A stretch of DNA of 64,000 bases from Octopus bimaculoides (lineage: Eukaryota). Shown in pieces: positions 47,148-60,919 of the stretch. Both the position numbers and the translations under genes were made by a program. Every line of letters begins with the position of its first letter. Within the stretch, counting starts at the first letter, position 1. The stretch lies in the NCBI RefSeq assembly GCF_001194135.2, contig NC_068981.1, positions 76,680,756 to 76,744,755 of the forward strand, in the 5' to 3' direction. The notes under the pieces were generated by a model. The model saw only the letters and a list, made by a program, of their open reading frames with translations, ran no database searches and was not told the origin of the DNA.

Positions 47148-50100
47148 ACTCGCTCTTCTTACACACGCGCACACATATACATGCAAGCACATATATGCAC
47201 GGCCATGGACATGTATATCTATATTGATAGGGTTCCTTATACATACACGCGAGTGTGTGCACACGTGTGTGCATATATACGCAAGCGTATATGTTCATTT
47301 TTATCATTTTAGTATATTACTCGCGTAATCATTTTGATCATCGGTCTGCTTCCTTAGCTATGACTGAGGGTTAAATATACATCAGTAGCCACGCAATTTT
47401 CACAGAACATCAACTTCCAAATTATGACAAGTTTAACACCAACTCGTGAGTCTTGAATGCTTTTTACAGAGTAAACTGTGATGTATTCATTTTGACTAAG
47501 ACCTGGCTTATAGAAAAACTTCCTCTCTTCCTCTCAGCACTCCTGAAGGATCTGCAGAATTGTACAAGCACTGTTTTACTTCTGCGTCATGCATCAATAA
47601 TTTTTTTTTTTTTATCTGAATAGCGGATTGTCATGTAGGAAACAGCTTCTGTACAACTGTAGCTGGGCTTCTGAAATGTGTTGACTGTGTGAGAGAAGTG
47701 TAAAACCAATCTTACGCAGTTATAAGAATTATTTTATTGACTCCCAGCTGGGTACATTTTTATATGAAATAATCAGAAATTTGACGACGGAATATATTGG
47801 AATTCTTTAAGAAACTTAAGCAAATTCTACGTTAATAATACTTCTCACGCATTTTTTCAGAATAGAATGAGATTGTGCCAATTTCCAAAACTTAACTCAT
47901 TCATGAAATCAAATATATGAAGAATATTATTGAAACTGTAATCGATTACTAGGTAAAAATAACGTAGATTAAAAGAACATAATAGCAAAAATATAAACAA
48001 ATTAGTGATGTAAAACGTAATGCTCCAGCAGAGACAAAATACTGTAAACCAAATAAAGAACTAAATAATCAAAGTCCACCTTTCTAAACTTACATCTTAG
48101 ACACTATTTCATGGAAATATGTGTATTTCATTTATAATATATATAAATATAAATTTATATTCTAAGTACGGAAACTATTCGTCTTGCGTCAAATTACCAT
48201 AATTGATTTACAGTAGAGATATTTTCACAAAAGTAAAATTATATTCGATTCTCTTTGATATGGAGTCATTTCTATCTTGAATTTACACTTGACCAACACT
48301 TTAATTTCTCAAAAAATATTCATACTTTTTTTCTCAAGCATTAATGCAACCAATCTTTCTATTGAAACTAGAGATGTTTAAATCATCAAATATAAAGTCA
48401 TAAAGAAAAACTAACGTTTCATCTCTATTTAATGCTCTGAAATATTTTACTTGTTAAAATTTAATGGGACTCAATTTTGATTAGAGTTTAATGGATTTTT
48501 TTTCAAATAAAATCCATTTTCTTATCTTGTTTTTATATGTAAAAACACAGCTCAGCCCACAAATAAATGCTAATGCTGCCAGATGCTAAACGTTGGAACA
48601 TGTTGCAATTCGCAAACACTTGGAAAATGCAACTTTACTGATCCTTCTCACACTTATTCAGCAGAATAGAAACAAGTTGTTGCTGAGTCTAGAATTTAAC
48701 TGATTTGTGAACTTTAGATATACGGAAAACATCACTTGAAAAACGTTCAAAACAAGCATCCAAGAAAGAAAAAGAAATTATTTAACGAGGGATGTGATGA
48801 CCATAATGCCCAGAAAAGCAAATGGAAATATATGCAAATACCATGAAATAAATAAGGGCTAGGTTACTAGTATAGACAAAGAGTCAACATATTTAAAACC
48901 TAAACAACAAATAACAAAACAACTAAATATGTGTATATATTACCTTCGGTTCTCGGTCAGTCGTCGGGGCTCAACGTATCATACGGGGAAGAATAAGGTT
49001 AGTGTGGTGTCTGGCGATGGATACAATACCAAGACAAGAGGAGCGACAAGAGAGTCAGGCAGGAAATGGTTGAAGTGGATTAAGACAAACTGGCTTCGAT
49101 AATCAGGAGCTATACTCGATGCAGTAGAAAAGGAGCAAAACCTAAGAGACAGTATGCTTTGAGAACAGAATTCAGAGCATGTTGCTTCCGTCGCGCTAGT
49201 TTTAACTCTTTGCTCCTAATTAAAGCTAAGCATCTTCTGTCCCAAAATATTTATTTTATATTTTGTAAGGCATAAATGTGCAAAAATAAAAATAACAAAA
49301 CTATTATAGGTCAGAGGTCGTAATTGTTTTCAACAGTCATGCTGCTTATCCTCATAGCAATTTGTGCTAATCTATTCCCATGAGGAACCATTACTTCAAT
49401 GTAGGTGCAAACCATCAAACAGGCGTTAGTCATCATGAATATTAATCCATCAATACTCAAATAGTGAAAAATGTGTATATTTCAGGAAAAGGGCAATACC
49501 TATAACTATTTTCAAGCATTAGGGACTAGTGAGAGGAAGCGATTTTTCTATAGTTGACAATACCCGAATGTTTACAGAAGAATGCACTCCGCTAAAAGCA
49601 CTTGCCCAAAATGTCGTACAGTGGAATGTAATCGGTGATCACGTAGTTGTGAAATGAACTTCTTAACTGCACACCCACATCAGTTGACAACCTAATGTTC
49701 TATAAGCAGTCATTAGACTATAGATTTTGGCATTATAGAAATATCTACGCCAAATTCAATGATTTTCATAAGTGTTGACTTAACTAGAGAATGAAACTAC
49801 TTAGTTTTTCGCGTGACCTCTTAATCTCATATTTACACTACTGTAAAAACTTCGAAATATAATTTCCTCTTTAGAAACGGTGCTGCCATTAACATAATAT
49901 TGCACTTCGGAGGTGACTCGGTGTTGATAACCAAATAAATTCCTACTGCGGTTAAGAAATTGCTTGTTGATCAAAACCTCCTATCAGAAGCTGCTCACAC
50001 CATCTTTTAACATAAAGCACCAGGTTTAGTAGATTTCGAAAGTTTCAAACATGCTATAAACAATAATCGGTGCTGGTTTCTTAGTAAATTTGAATCTAGC

Positions 50101-50211
50101 AGTCAGTGGCAAATGGACAATATTCCGTTATCAAATGACGATATTATGTTAATTCATTCAATTTGAATGAATTTAAAAGATTCATTATTGCCTATTAGCA
50201 ACAACAAACAT

Positions 50212-50348
<137 letters not shown>

Positions 50349-51248
50349 ACTCACATGCACATACAGACAGAAGATGACCCAGAGAATCTCATCTTGCCGT
50401 GGACACAGTCACTTGAAGCTAACTACATCAAAACCAAATTATAAACCTATGCTATAACTATGGATAACAAGGATATTGTGGAACATTGTAATGTGTAATG
50501 AACATAGCCATTACATAATGTATTCTTCTGAATATTAATTTTGCCGGTAAAGGAACAGTGTAGGGATTATCATTTCCTTATCGTCACTAACTCCAGCGAA
50601 ATATATCCGATCTCATACAAATAATATTTCTCGTACTCTTTACACAAGTACATCACAAGATTTGTTGAAATCAAGTTTGATTTCAATAAATCATTGTGTC
50701 TAACACGTATAGTTGACGAATATATCACGAGCGACGGTAACAATCCCTTTTGAGATTTTGATTTGTGAAATGCTACTAGAACGTTTCAACGTTTTATCGA
50801 TTGTGTGTTGGAAGGTTAACTCTAGTATAGGAATTTAATGGTAATGTCTTAGCTACATTAAAAGCACAGATGAACACTTCCGACATAGCTCAGCTTTTCT
50901 TTGAACTTTTAGACAAGTACCAAATGATAATCAATTCATTCAAATTACACTTTCGTCGTTGTCTCACTGGATTCTTCAGCCATAGGTGGATAAGTACATT
51001 ATTCCCACATTTAAAGATCAGATTAGGTAACAGAAGTGTTAAATTGAAATTATCACCTACAGTTTTTGAAGTATTTGCGCGGGAGAAATCCTTATTTGTA
51101 GAAGCCGCCAATGTTCATTGATTTCAAGTGAACAGTCAAATTTTATTCAAGTGACCGATGCTGTAGCTTTACCAGTGTTACCTTACTTCTTCATTTCATC
51201 ATCGCTTTGCACCTAATCTGTCAAATCTAGATGTCATGATTTTGCCAG

Positions 51249-51476
51249 AGAACTTCACACAGATGACTGTGCTGAAATATTTCCGACGTGTGGAGACCTT
51301 AATACGTTCATAATCCTGATTTACAGCCTAATCTTGCATTGAGAAATAGCACCTGCTAGAAATTCACACAGTTGACTATGTCCTGAAATATTTCCGATGC
51401 GTAGAAACTTTAGTACGTTCATAACCCTGACTTACGGTCTAATCTTGCACTGAAACATAGCACCTGCAAGAAATTC
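51249..51476 (+). repeat. About 110 bp tandem duplication (2 units plus the start of a third)
   Basis: 'agaa.ttcacacag.tgact.tg..ctgaaatatttccga' recurs at 51249 and 51358; 'agaaattc' recurs at 51469. Confidence 0.85.
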
Positions 51477-52704
51477 TTCAATTGATAGAAATTCAATGTT
51501 TTCATTAATTGAATTCGTAAAAGAAAATACAGTACAATTAAATGTTTCAGTCTTGTGTGATCTTTCACAACTGTGAATCAAAGAACGCAGTTGCTTTCGG
51601 GCGAATTGTCAATAAAAGAACCACCCACAGATTGAGGTTTCCAAATCAATGATTGTAAGAGCGCATGTCACTGAGCACAATTTACGACTATCTTAAAGTA
51701 TTTGCCAACTAAATTAGGCCGGACTACTTCCTGTTCATTCATTATATGACGTTAATATATTAAGATGCTCTACATGTTGCTGTGGTAGGTGCGTAAATCT
51801 GACAAATGCCAAGAATAATTATTATACAAAGCTGATTTAAGGAAGTATGCGCCTTCGTATAGACGGTAAGTTCAAAGTGAACCAGGTATAGTGCTTAGTT
51901 TCGATTCTTGGTTGTATATATTTTACTTACTCTGCTAATATCAGAGGAGTAGCATAAATTATCCAGATTCCATGTATAACCTAAACAGGATAGACATTAA
52001 ACGATGCCTAAGATCACGGAAAGTCAAGCACCTGACTCTATACATTGAACTAGTATGTGATATAAATTTGTATTTATCCTTTTCTACTTTTCTGTGAAAT
52101 ACAGATTAGATTTAAATTCTGTCAGCTTCTACTGAGCTAGTTTTAATATTCCTAGGCTCTCATCTCCTAAAGAGTTAAAAATATAAAAGAACACCTTCTT
52201 TGAACCCACTGTCAATGTATTCATCCAATTTTGAACAGTGTAATTCTTGATATTGACGTTAGAATTGCTATTTCTCAACGATCTATCATGATTTATGAAC
52301 GTTTCCCTTGGCAGCATGTTTTTATTAAATCTAGCTGTTCCTTTTAAGTACTATAGATATTACTAACATAGCTCTTTAAATCTTCAAGAGATGGGAGATT
52401 GGATGGTGTATCTTGTTATTTTAAATGTAGGCATGTATATANNNNNNNNNNNNNNNNNNNNNNNNNNNNNNNNNNNNNNNNNNNNNNNNNNNNNNNNNNN
52501 NNNNNNNNNNNNNNNNNNNNNNNNNNNNNNNNNNNNNNNNNNNNNNNNNNNNNNNNNNNNNNNNNNNNNNNNNNNNNNNNNNNNNNNNNNNNNNNNNNNN
52601 NNNNNNNNNNNNNNNNNNNNNNNNNNNNNNNNNNNNNNNNNNNNNNNNNNNNNNNNNNNNNNNNNNNNNNNNNNNNNNNNNNNNNNNNNNNNNNNNNNNN
52701 NNNN

Positions 52705-52755
<51 letters not shown>

Positions 52756-53130
52756 TATGTATGTATGTATATATATACACATATATATGTATGTATTTAT
52801 GTATGTATGTTTGTATGTATGTATGTTTGTGTATATACATATAGGGTTTTATTTACGTAAATGGGAGATGGTTTCATGCCAAAATAAACTGCAACTCATG
52901 CGGCTGAAGTACTTTACTTCAAATATACGTTTGCGAAAGTGCAACAATATCAGAGAAAACACAATTATTTGGTTCACCGTTTCCAACATGAGGATGGCTA
53001 GAATGTCCCAATGGCTGCAACATGTGAATCTAGCAGCCATGAGATAATACTATTTCGCTGATATGATACTATAATTAAATTTTCCCAATAGTACTCATTT
53101 AAGCTTATCATTATTATCAATATTAATAAT

Positions 53131-53340
53131 GTGGTGAGCTAGCAGAATCGTTATTACTCCGGGCATGATGCTTAGCGGTATTTCGCTCGTCGTTACGTTC
53201 TGAGTTTAAATTCATCCGAGGTCGACTCTACTTTTCATCCTTTTGGGGTCGATAAATTAAGTAACACTGGGGTCTATGTAATCAAGTAGTCTCCTCCCCC
53301 TAAATTTCATGCCTGTGCCTTTAGTAGAAAAAAAACTATC
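53131..53340 (+). mobile_element. SINE family C
   Basis: 'gagctagcagaatcgtta...gaggtcgactctacttttcatccttttggggtcgataaattaagta..ctggggtc.atgtaatc'; a second head starts at 53349. Confidence 0.85.
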
Positions 53341-53571
53341 ATTATTAAGTGAGGCAGCGAGCTGGTAGAATCGTTAGCATGCTGCGGTTAATTTGTCTTC
53401 GCGAGAATTTGGTTAGTAATTGTTATTGTTAAATTTCGAACTTATGTGATTGTTCTACGTTCTGTTTTAACAGACTTAGTAGACTGTTGTTCCCCTCCGT
53501 AAGGAGAGGAAAATAATTAATGAAATAATTTTTTGAAAGAAATATTTTGGAAAATATTTATTTTTGTGAAA

Positions 53572-54839
53572 ATGAATTCAGAGGACAAGTTTTGTAACCC
53601 TGACCAAGCTTACCAGAGAGCAACTGTAAAACAAGACAAAATGAGCGAAAATGTGAACGAAAGCCACATAAATGCTATAAACGGAAAAAGGAACCAAGAA
53701 GGAAATATAAATGCTGAAAACGATAAAAGGAATAACGGAAAAGTAAACCCAACAGAAGACAACTAAAAGAAGATTAATTATGCCACCGCAGCCGGTGTGA
53801 GAAAAGATAAATTGAACATAGAGCTAGATTCACTGCGGCAACACAGAAGTAATTTCGAAAGAGAAGGTTTTGATTTTAAAGCCACCCTCCCTAACGAATT
53901 CATCGAATAAACAAAGAGGAAAATAACATATAAGACAATGATAATAAAAAGACGAGAAAATAGACACGAACAAATCGAGAAGTGTCTACAACACATCTGG
54001 CAAGACATTGAGTTCTTGACCAGAGGGAGAAGATACCCCACAGTAGTGGTGTTCTTCAAAAATTAGGAATTAGGCTATAAAACACTCGCTCCAACCGATA
54101 AAAACCACTGAAGTCATTTTATTACCAACTTATATGGATAGAACTTTCAAAATAGGTATTGATGAAATCCCACCAGAAATAAGTGTCATGTGGATTATCT
54201 CAGGCCTTCTAATGGGACTTGAGGATAAAATCAAGATGATCGAAGCTTCTAGAATACAACAGAACTGACAGTGCCAAGGGCTAGAGATCATAATCCAAGC
54301 GGCCCCTCCCCACCCAAAGGTTAGAAGAAATTTCTGAGAACATCCACACTGGAGAAGAAACCACCTTGCGGGTAATGGTGGAGGGCAGGAAATTCAGATG
54401 CTACGAATGTAGCGAAAAAGGCCACATTCGGATAAACTGCCCCACCCGCAAGGAGAAAGAAGAAGAAAAGAACAAAAGAAAAAAGAACAAAACCAAAAGA
54501 CTGACCAGCAGAACTCCGGCGACAAATAAAAGCGACAACCAACCCAACTCTACAACAACCAAAGGAAAAAATCAGGACACTCGAAGAAAAATTACCCCAC
54601 CCCACCACTATTTCCACAAAAGTCAACAATATCAGGTTCCTCCCCATCCTATTCCCCCCTCGGCGATGAATCCCCCTTGCCCCTCTAGTTCGGATTTCCC
54701 TCCTCTCTCATACATCATCCCTCACCCGTCAAGCCCAGGCAATCTGTCCCCGATATCAAGTCCAAGAAAATCTAACGAATATAAGGAAATACTGACTGCA
54801 CTAAACAATGATAACGAACAATTAAAAAAAAAAGGCTAA
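53572..54839 (+). pseudogene. Tx1-like ORF1 (gag-like, CX2CX4HX4C zinc knuckle), disrupted
   Basis: CYECSEKGHIRINC at 54399-54440 preceded by RVMVEGRKFR, then a basic and Pro/Ser-rich tail. Stops and frameshifts lie upstream. Confidence 0.85.
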
Positions 54840-55063
54840 AGCAAATACCAACGGCGTTAATTCACAAACATCACCATAAGACTCCAGAACATATTGCCAT
54901 TTATAAAATAGATAAAGTGAACTATCGCATCTTAGAAAACTATCACCCAACTGACATGGGTCCTCCAATACTTGATTTTAACAAGCTGAGGTACCAGGAC
55001 CTATGCCAGAATATCACCCCACGAACCTTTGAAAAAGAGAGCGCCACTAACTAAGGTAAGTCC

Positions 55064-55945
55064 ATGTCAAGCATTCATGTTGGATGTATAAATGTACGTG
55101 GCCTGACGTCAGATCTGCTCCCGCTGTTTGACAATTACAAGAGTTTCTTCTATGCATGCTGTCCTCATAACGGGAGCCGGGTGTTGGTCCTATTAAAAAG
55201 AAACCAAGTTTCTGAGAAAAAGTTATTTTTGTAGATCTAGAAGGTAGGCTGCTCGTCATTGACTTGACGTTCAGCCGTTGTAAGACTATCAGACTGGTTA
55301 CAATCTATGCACTTCAAGATACGGTGCAAATTGGGTATTATCGGAACCTTGAGAAGTTTCTTGATACATCACATCCCTTAGTTGTTCTACGAGACTATAA
55401 CACAATTTCCGATGCACGCGTGGATTATGTTGGCTCGTGTGTTAATAAGACAAGTAATGCTTGCTTCCAGGATCTACTAAGACGTTATGTGTTGGTAGAT
55501 CTATACAGACTGGAATTTCCGAACGCTCCATTGTGGACATGGACAAATAGCGACGGATCTTCCAGGTGTTATCTAGATAGAATATTAATTTGAAAAGTAG
55601 ATAAGAAGATAGCTAGGTGTCCACAGTTTCACATGGTCAGCTACAGTGATCACAAGATGGTCACCTCTAAGCTCGACGTAGATAAGTTATATAGAGGTCT
55701 CAGCTACTGGAAACTTAATACGACACTTTTGGCTATTGAGGAGTACAGAGACCGGATTAAGATGTTAATGCCCTCAAGCGAGCCATTAAATATGACTCTA
55801 TTAGATTATAGCATAGGTTTAGTGGCTAGAGAGGCTAGAAGGGAATTAGCTCAAGTTAAGGTCTTAGAGGAAGCAATGCGAACTGGCTCTGCGGCTCGGG
55901 TGGAGTCCAAGAGAGTGGTGTTAAACCAGTACCTCGAAGCTGCAT
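55064..55945 (+). pseudogene. Tx1-like ORF2 N-terminus (apurinic/apyrimidinic endonuclease), disrupted
   Basis: MSSIHVGCINVRGL, DLEGRLLVIDL, RLVTIYA, VVLRDYN (GDFN-like), WTWTN..SSRCYLDRILI, SYSDHKMV and YWKLNTTLL. Confidence 0.9.
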
Positions 55946-56525
55946 NNNNNNNNNNNNNNNNNNNNNNNNNNNNNNNNNNNNNNNNNNNNNNNNNNNNNNN
56001 NNNNNNNNNNNNNNNNNNNNNNNNNNNNNNNNNNNNNNNNNNNNNNNNNNNNNNNNNNNNNNNNNNNNNNNNNNNNNNNNNNNNNNNNNNNNNNNNNNNN
56101 NNNNNNNNNNNNNNNNNNNNNNNNNNNNNNNNNNNNNNNNNNNNNNNNNNNNNNNNNNNNNNNNNNNNNNNNNNNNNNNNNNNNNNNNNNNNNNNNNNNN
56201 NNNNNNNNNNNNNNNNNNNNNNNNNNNNNNNNNNNNNNNNNNNNNNNNNNNNNNNNNNNNNNNNNNNNNNNNNNNNNNNNNNNNNNNNNNNNNNNNNNNN
56301 NNNNNNNNNNNNNNNNNNNNNNNNNNNNNNNNNNNNNNNNNNNNNNNNNNNNNNNNNNNNNNNNNNNNNNNNNNNNNNNNNNNNNNNNNNNNNNNNNNNN
56401 NNNNNNNNNNNNNNNNNNNNNNNNNNNNNNNNNNNNNNNNNNNNNNNNNNNNNNNNNNNNNNNNNNNNNNNNNNNNNNNNNNNNNNNNNNNNNNNNNNNN
56501 NNNNNNNNNNNNNNNNNNNNNNNNN

Positions 56526-56526
56526 N

Positions 56527-56572
<46 letters not shown>

Positions 56573-56706
56573 TACACAAACTCAGAGAGACACACACACA
56601 CAGAAACACACGCACAGAAACACATACACACTGAAACAAATACACACACACAAACACACACACACACACGCAAACACACACACACACACATGCACACACA
56701 AACACG
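56526..56706. repeat. Imperfect (CA)n microsatellite
   Basis: Direct reading. Confidence 0.95.
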
Positions 56707-57078
56707 TATGCACGGAAAGACCTGAAACCAACAGTTTTCGATACATGTAAGTATGCTAACGTTTACTTCATTTAATCTATGCGATCGCTCAAAACAGTTT
56801 CATTTTAGTACTTCGGTTGCATTCGCTACTGGTCTGGTTTTATCTATTTTTAGCAATATACCACGTAGCAAGTATTAAGTGTACATTTTCCGCTTATTTA
56901 CTGCTAAAATTGCTGATAAACTTGCATTTATCTTAGGAAAATTTCAAGAAAATAATCGGTAATCTCATCAGTGTATTTGTATGTGTTGTAGACTTCATCC
57001 ACAACGAAGTATGGTCTTGTGCCACATCTGTTGTTGCTACAGTTTATATGAATATTAATCGTTCTCTCCATCCTGTAC

Positions 57079-57130
<52 letters not shown>

Positions 57131-57431
57131 NNNNNNNNNNNNNNNNNNNNNNNNNNNNNNNNNNNNNNNNNNNNNNNNNNNNNNNNNNNNNNNNNNNNNN
57201 NNNNNNNNNNNNNNNNNNNNNNNNNNNNNNNNNNNNNNAAACGACACTTGTTACGCGTATATAGGTAATTTTGTGTGCGCGCATTCGAAAATATACAGAC
57301 ACATATACATATATTCATACATTTGTGTATATGTATTATATGTATATATATGTATGTATATACATACAAGCACACACACAAAGACACATATGCATACATA
57401 CATACATACATACATATATATATATATGTGT

Positions 57432-57471
<40 letters not shown>

Positions 57472-58015
57472 ATGCACGTATGTCTGCCTCTCTGTGTGCG
57501 CGTATACACGTACATACGCTATACTTTACATCCATGTATAATCCAAAGCAAACATATAACGCCCCGCTGTGTTGCTATAACGTCGCCATTCTCCCTACAA
57601 AACATCATCATCCTCAACAACTGGAAGAAAATTAACAGAAATAAAATATACAAAGAAAGCATTATGATGAATTAAGTATCTGTGAACGAAAGGCAATCTA
57701 GAGTAATCTAATTAAAGTAATTGAGGGAACGAAAGTTTTCGTCGGTAGAATGGAAAGATCAGCTGAGAATATATGTAGTAGAGAAAAAGTGGTTAAATGG
57801 AAATCAATGGAACGCGAAAGCAGCGTGGAAACAGAAGAGAACGAGTGAGAGAAAGAAGTGGGATAAGAGAGAGAAAGAGAGTGAAAGTGCGTGAGGGAGG
57901 GAGGGAGGGAGAGAAAGAAAGACAGTCGGAAAGAGAGTGAGTGAGTAAGTGAGGGATAGAGAGAGAGAAAGACAATGGGAGAGAGAGTGATCGAGCATAA
58001 GCGAGAAATGGTCAG

Positions 58016-58059
58016 AGAAGAAGAAGAAGAAGAAGAAGAAGAAGAAGAAGAAGAAGAAG

Positions 58060-58103
<44 letters not shown>

Positions 58104-58236
58104 GATGATGATGAAGAAGAAGAAGAAGAAGAAGAACAACAACAACAACAACAAGGTGATGATGATGATGAAGAAGAAGAAGAAGAAGAAGAAGAAGAAG
58201 AAGAAGAAGAAGAAGAAGAAGAAGAAGAAGAAGAAG

Positions 58237-58268
<32 letters not shown>

Positions 58269-58349
58269 GAAGAAGAAGAAGAAGTAGAAGAAGAAGAAGA
58301 AGAAGAAGAAGAAGAAGAAGAAGAAGAAGAAGAAGAAGAAGAAGAAGAA
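58016..58349. repeat. Compound trinucleotide microsatellite (GAA)n/(CAA)n/(GAT)n
   Basis: Direct reading; the source of the poly-E/Q and poly-L/F pseudo-ORFs. Confidence 0.95.
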
Positions 58350-58444
58350 ATCTATATTGAGAAATGAAAAGTGGAATACGAGATCGATAGAGTTTATATG
58401 AGGAAATCATGAAGGCAAATAGGAGAGTAGGAAAGATAGATACA

Positions 58445-58508
<64 letters not shown>

Positions 58509-59143
58509 AGAAAACCTAGAATGACTGATGACTTGGCGAAAAAATAGAAGGCGCGATGAAAGAATTATAGAGAGGTGATATATGTACGTGTATCTATGTA
58601 TAAAAATATGCGCGCGCGCCTACGTATGTGTATACACATATCTATATGCATCTAGATACATAGACACATAACTATATTAAACCGTATTGCAAGAATCTGC
58701 TTCATTATTCCAGCTGATGAGTTGCAACCTAGGCGACATCACATTACGCGAATGTTCCTGTCAGAGTGATGCTAAGGCAGCTTCTTTGTATCGATATACT
58801 GTAGATTCTATATATCCGTCTGATTTCTTTCACACAGGCTTGAATTATTGCTGAATTATTGCTGTAATTACTATTTTAATTAATAATGGAGGAATCTCAT
58901 TGAAAACAGCTTCGCATTCACGTACCCTGTATTTTTATTGAATGTATAATATATCAATGGGGATTTTGAAATGTTAAACCTGTGTAGAGAATTCTCGGGG
59001 TTATTTACTGCCTCTTTAAAGTAGAATTTTCATCTTAACATAAAGCATCCAGCATCCGTAGGAGGTCCATTCTCTTTATAACACCGAAATTTCGTGGCTC
59101 AAAGTAACATGTGCATGTGCATGTGCATATGTGTGTGCGCACG

Positions 59144-59180
<37 letters not shown>

Positions 59181-59212
59181 GTATGTGCGTATTTATCTAT
59201 ATATATATATAT

Positions 59213-59251
<39 letters not shown>

Positions 59252-59860
59252 NNNNNNNNNNNNNNNNNNNNNNNNNNNNNNNNNNNNNNNNNNNNNNNNN
59301 NNNNNNNNNNNNNNNNNNNNNNATATTACATACATACATATATACAGACATACATACATACATACACACATACATACATTTCAGAGATGCCCTTTCCTGT
59401 CAAGTAATTTAGTATGGAACTGGGTTGAATCAAACATTTACAACGTGTAAAACATGTTACGTATTCAAAAACACATCAAAGCCGTTAACTTAAGCATTTA
59501 TTTTTTGGTGTCAAGATTTTTGTCTCCAACTGCGACCTGGTCACTGAAACGGTTTTACGGCAACTGGCTGCAGGCGACGCTGCTGGTCTGTATAACTAGG
59601 ATTCAGTTTATATGTATAACTTATTGTTATCTACGTAAGAGTTTCTTCCTATTGTTTTTGCTCCGTGGTCATGAACAGAAGATTTTACTTCTTTGAAGCC
59701 ATTAATCCCTGACGTGTAATAAATATACTTGCCAAAGTAACCCCTACAAAGAGAAAGAAGGAACAGCATGTGAATTACAACAAAAAGCCAAGTTAAGTAA
59801 TTAACGATGAGCATCATGTGATGACAACCAGAATGACTGACCTCTATACATGAAGACAAT

Positions 59861-60125
59861 TATATTTTTGTTGTGTCTGGGGAGAGTAATTTTCTTTTTG
59901 TGCCTTATAATTAAGCACGCTCACCGGTAAAATTTCCACTTTTTTCTAAACCTTTATTTTCCTAAAATTTTCGTTGCTTTTCAATAGTCAAGACTACTGA
60001 AAAGGTTGCAAGATGCAACGAAAATTTTAGGAAAAAAAAAATAATAAGTGGAAAATTTACCGGTGAGTGTGTTAAATTATAAGGCACAAAAAGAAACTGG
60101 CTCTCCCCAGACACAACAGAATATG
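59861..60125. mobile_element. About 265 bp near-perfect palindromic (fold-back) element
   Basis: The left arm tgttgtgtctggggagag...ctcaccggtaaaatttccactt...cctaaaattttcgttgc is the reverse complement of gcaacgaaaattttagg...aagtggaaaatttaccggtgag...ctctccccagacacaaca. The centre ttttcaatagt-caag-actactgaaaa is also self-complementary. Confidence 0.88.
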
Positions 60126-60919
60126 CTTCAACACAGGAACTCACATAAAGAATCTTGCAAACGAAATCCAAAAACGAATTATATTTTTATTTTATTTATA
60201 AATCTGAACCCTATCTATGCTGACCACTAACCTTCCCTCAAACCAGTTGCAGTGGAACCATGTCAGCCACAAGATTGCAATTGTTATGACGAATATTTTG
60301 ACATCAAAATAATGGAAGTCTAAATGAAGTTAACAGCTTTTGTATTTCAGCAAATGTGTTACACCCCGCACGCGCGCGCGTGTCTGTGTGTTTGATGTAT
60401 CCTACAGTCTTTCAAATAGTTTTGTTCCATTTCACTAATTAATCTTTTTGATATCTGTTCAGTAGGCACATTGAAAGATACAAAATACCTTTCTTAGTGA
60501 AACAAATGAAGATAATCATCTGTCCCCCTTCTTTCTCCCTCTTTCTCTCTCTCTCTCTCTCTTTCAATCACTTTCTTCACACACACACACACACACAAAC
60601 ATTGTACCTTTATACTGCGAACCAATAGCTGGTATTTTCTGTTTAAAACTAAATAAGCATGTTACTATACTGAAAGATGTTGAGTTATCTTTCAACATGA
60701 TGTTTGGCTACTTGTATAGCTGAACACGTTGTTATATGTATGTACGTATGTATGTATGTATGTATGTATGTATGTATGTATGCATGAATGTATGTATGTA
60801 TGTTTTTGAACTGATGATAGTTGATGGGGGTACATGAGAAGACGGCAATCATCTGCAAAGATAAAGCAATCACCTTGTATGTATGTATGTATGTATGTAT
60901 GTATGTATATATGCATGTA

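Larger units (their letters stand above)
53385..55945 (+). mobile_element. Tx1/L1-clade non-LTR retrotransposon, 5' part (5' UTR, ORF1, APE domain); 3' part lost in gap
   Basis: A gag-like ORF1 with a CCHC knuckle followed by an APE endonuclease (see the next two features). Confidence 0.88.

Noticed and set aside
50870-51121. Overlapping 83 aa (+) and 73 aa (-) ORFs
   Set aside because: No motif or family similarity recognised; the lengths are within chance range.
57804-58410. 130 aa poly-Glu/Gln ORF and its antisense poly-Leu/Phe ORFs
   Set aside because: Entirely (GAA)/(CAA)/(GAT) repeat with a single codon per residue, no unique coding flank and no splice context.
58710-58745. ccagCTGATGA-GTTGC(aacctag)GCGAC, hammerhead-like core plus stem II
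   Set aside because: The obligatory GAAA is absent (atcac follows) and no stem I or III partner was found.
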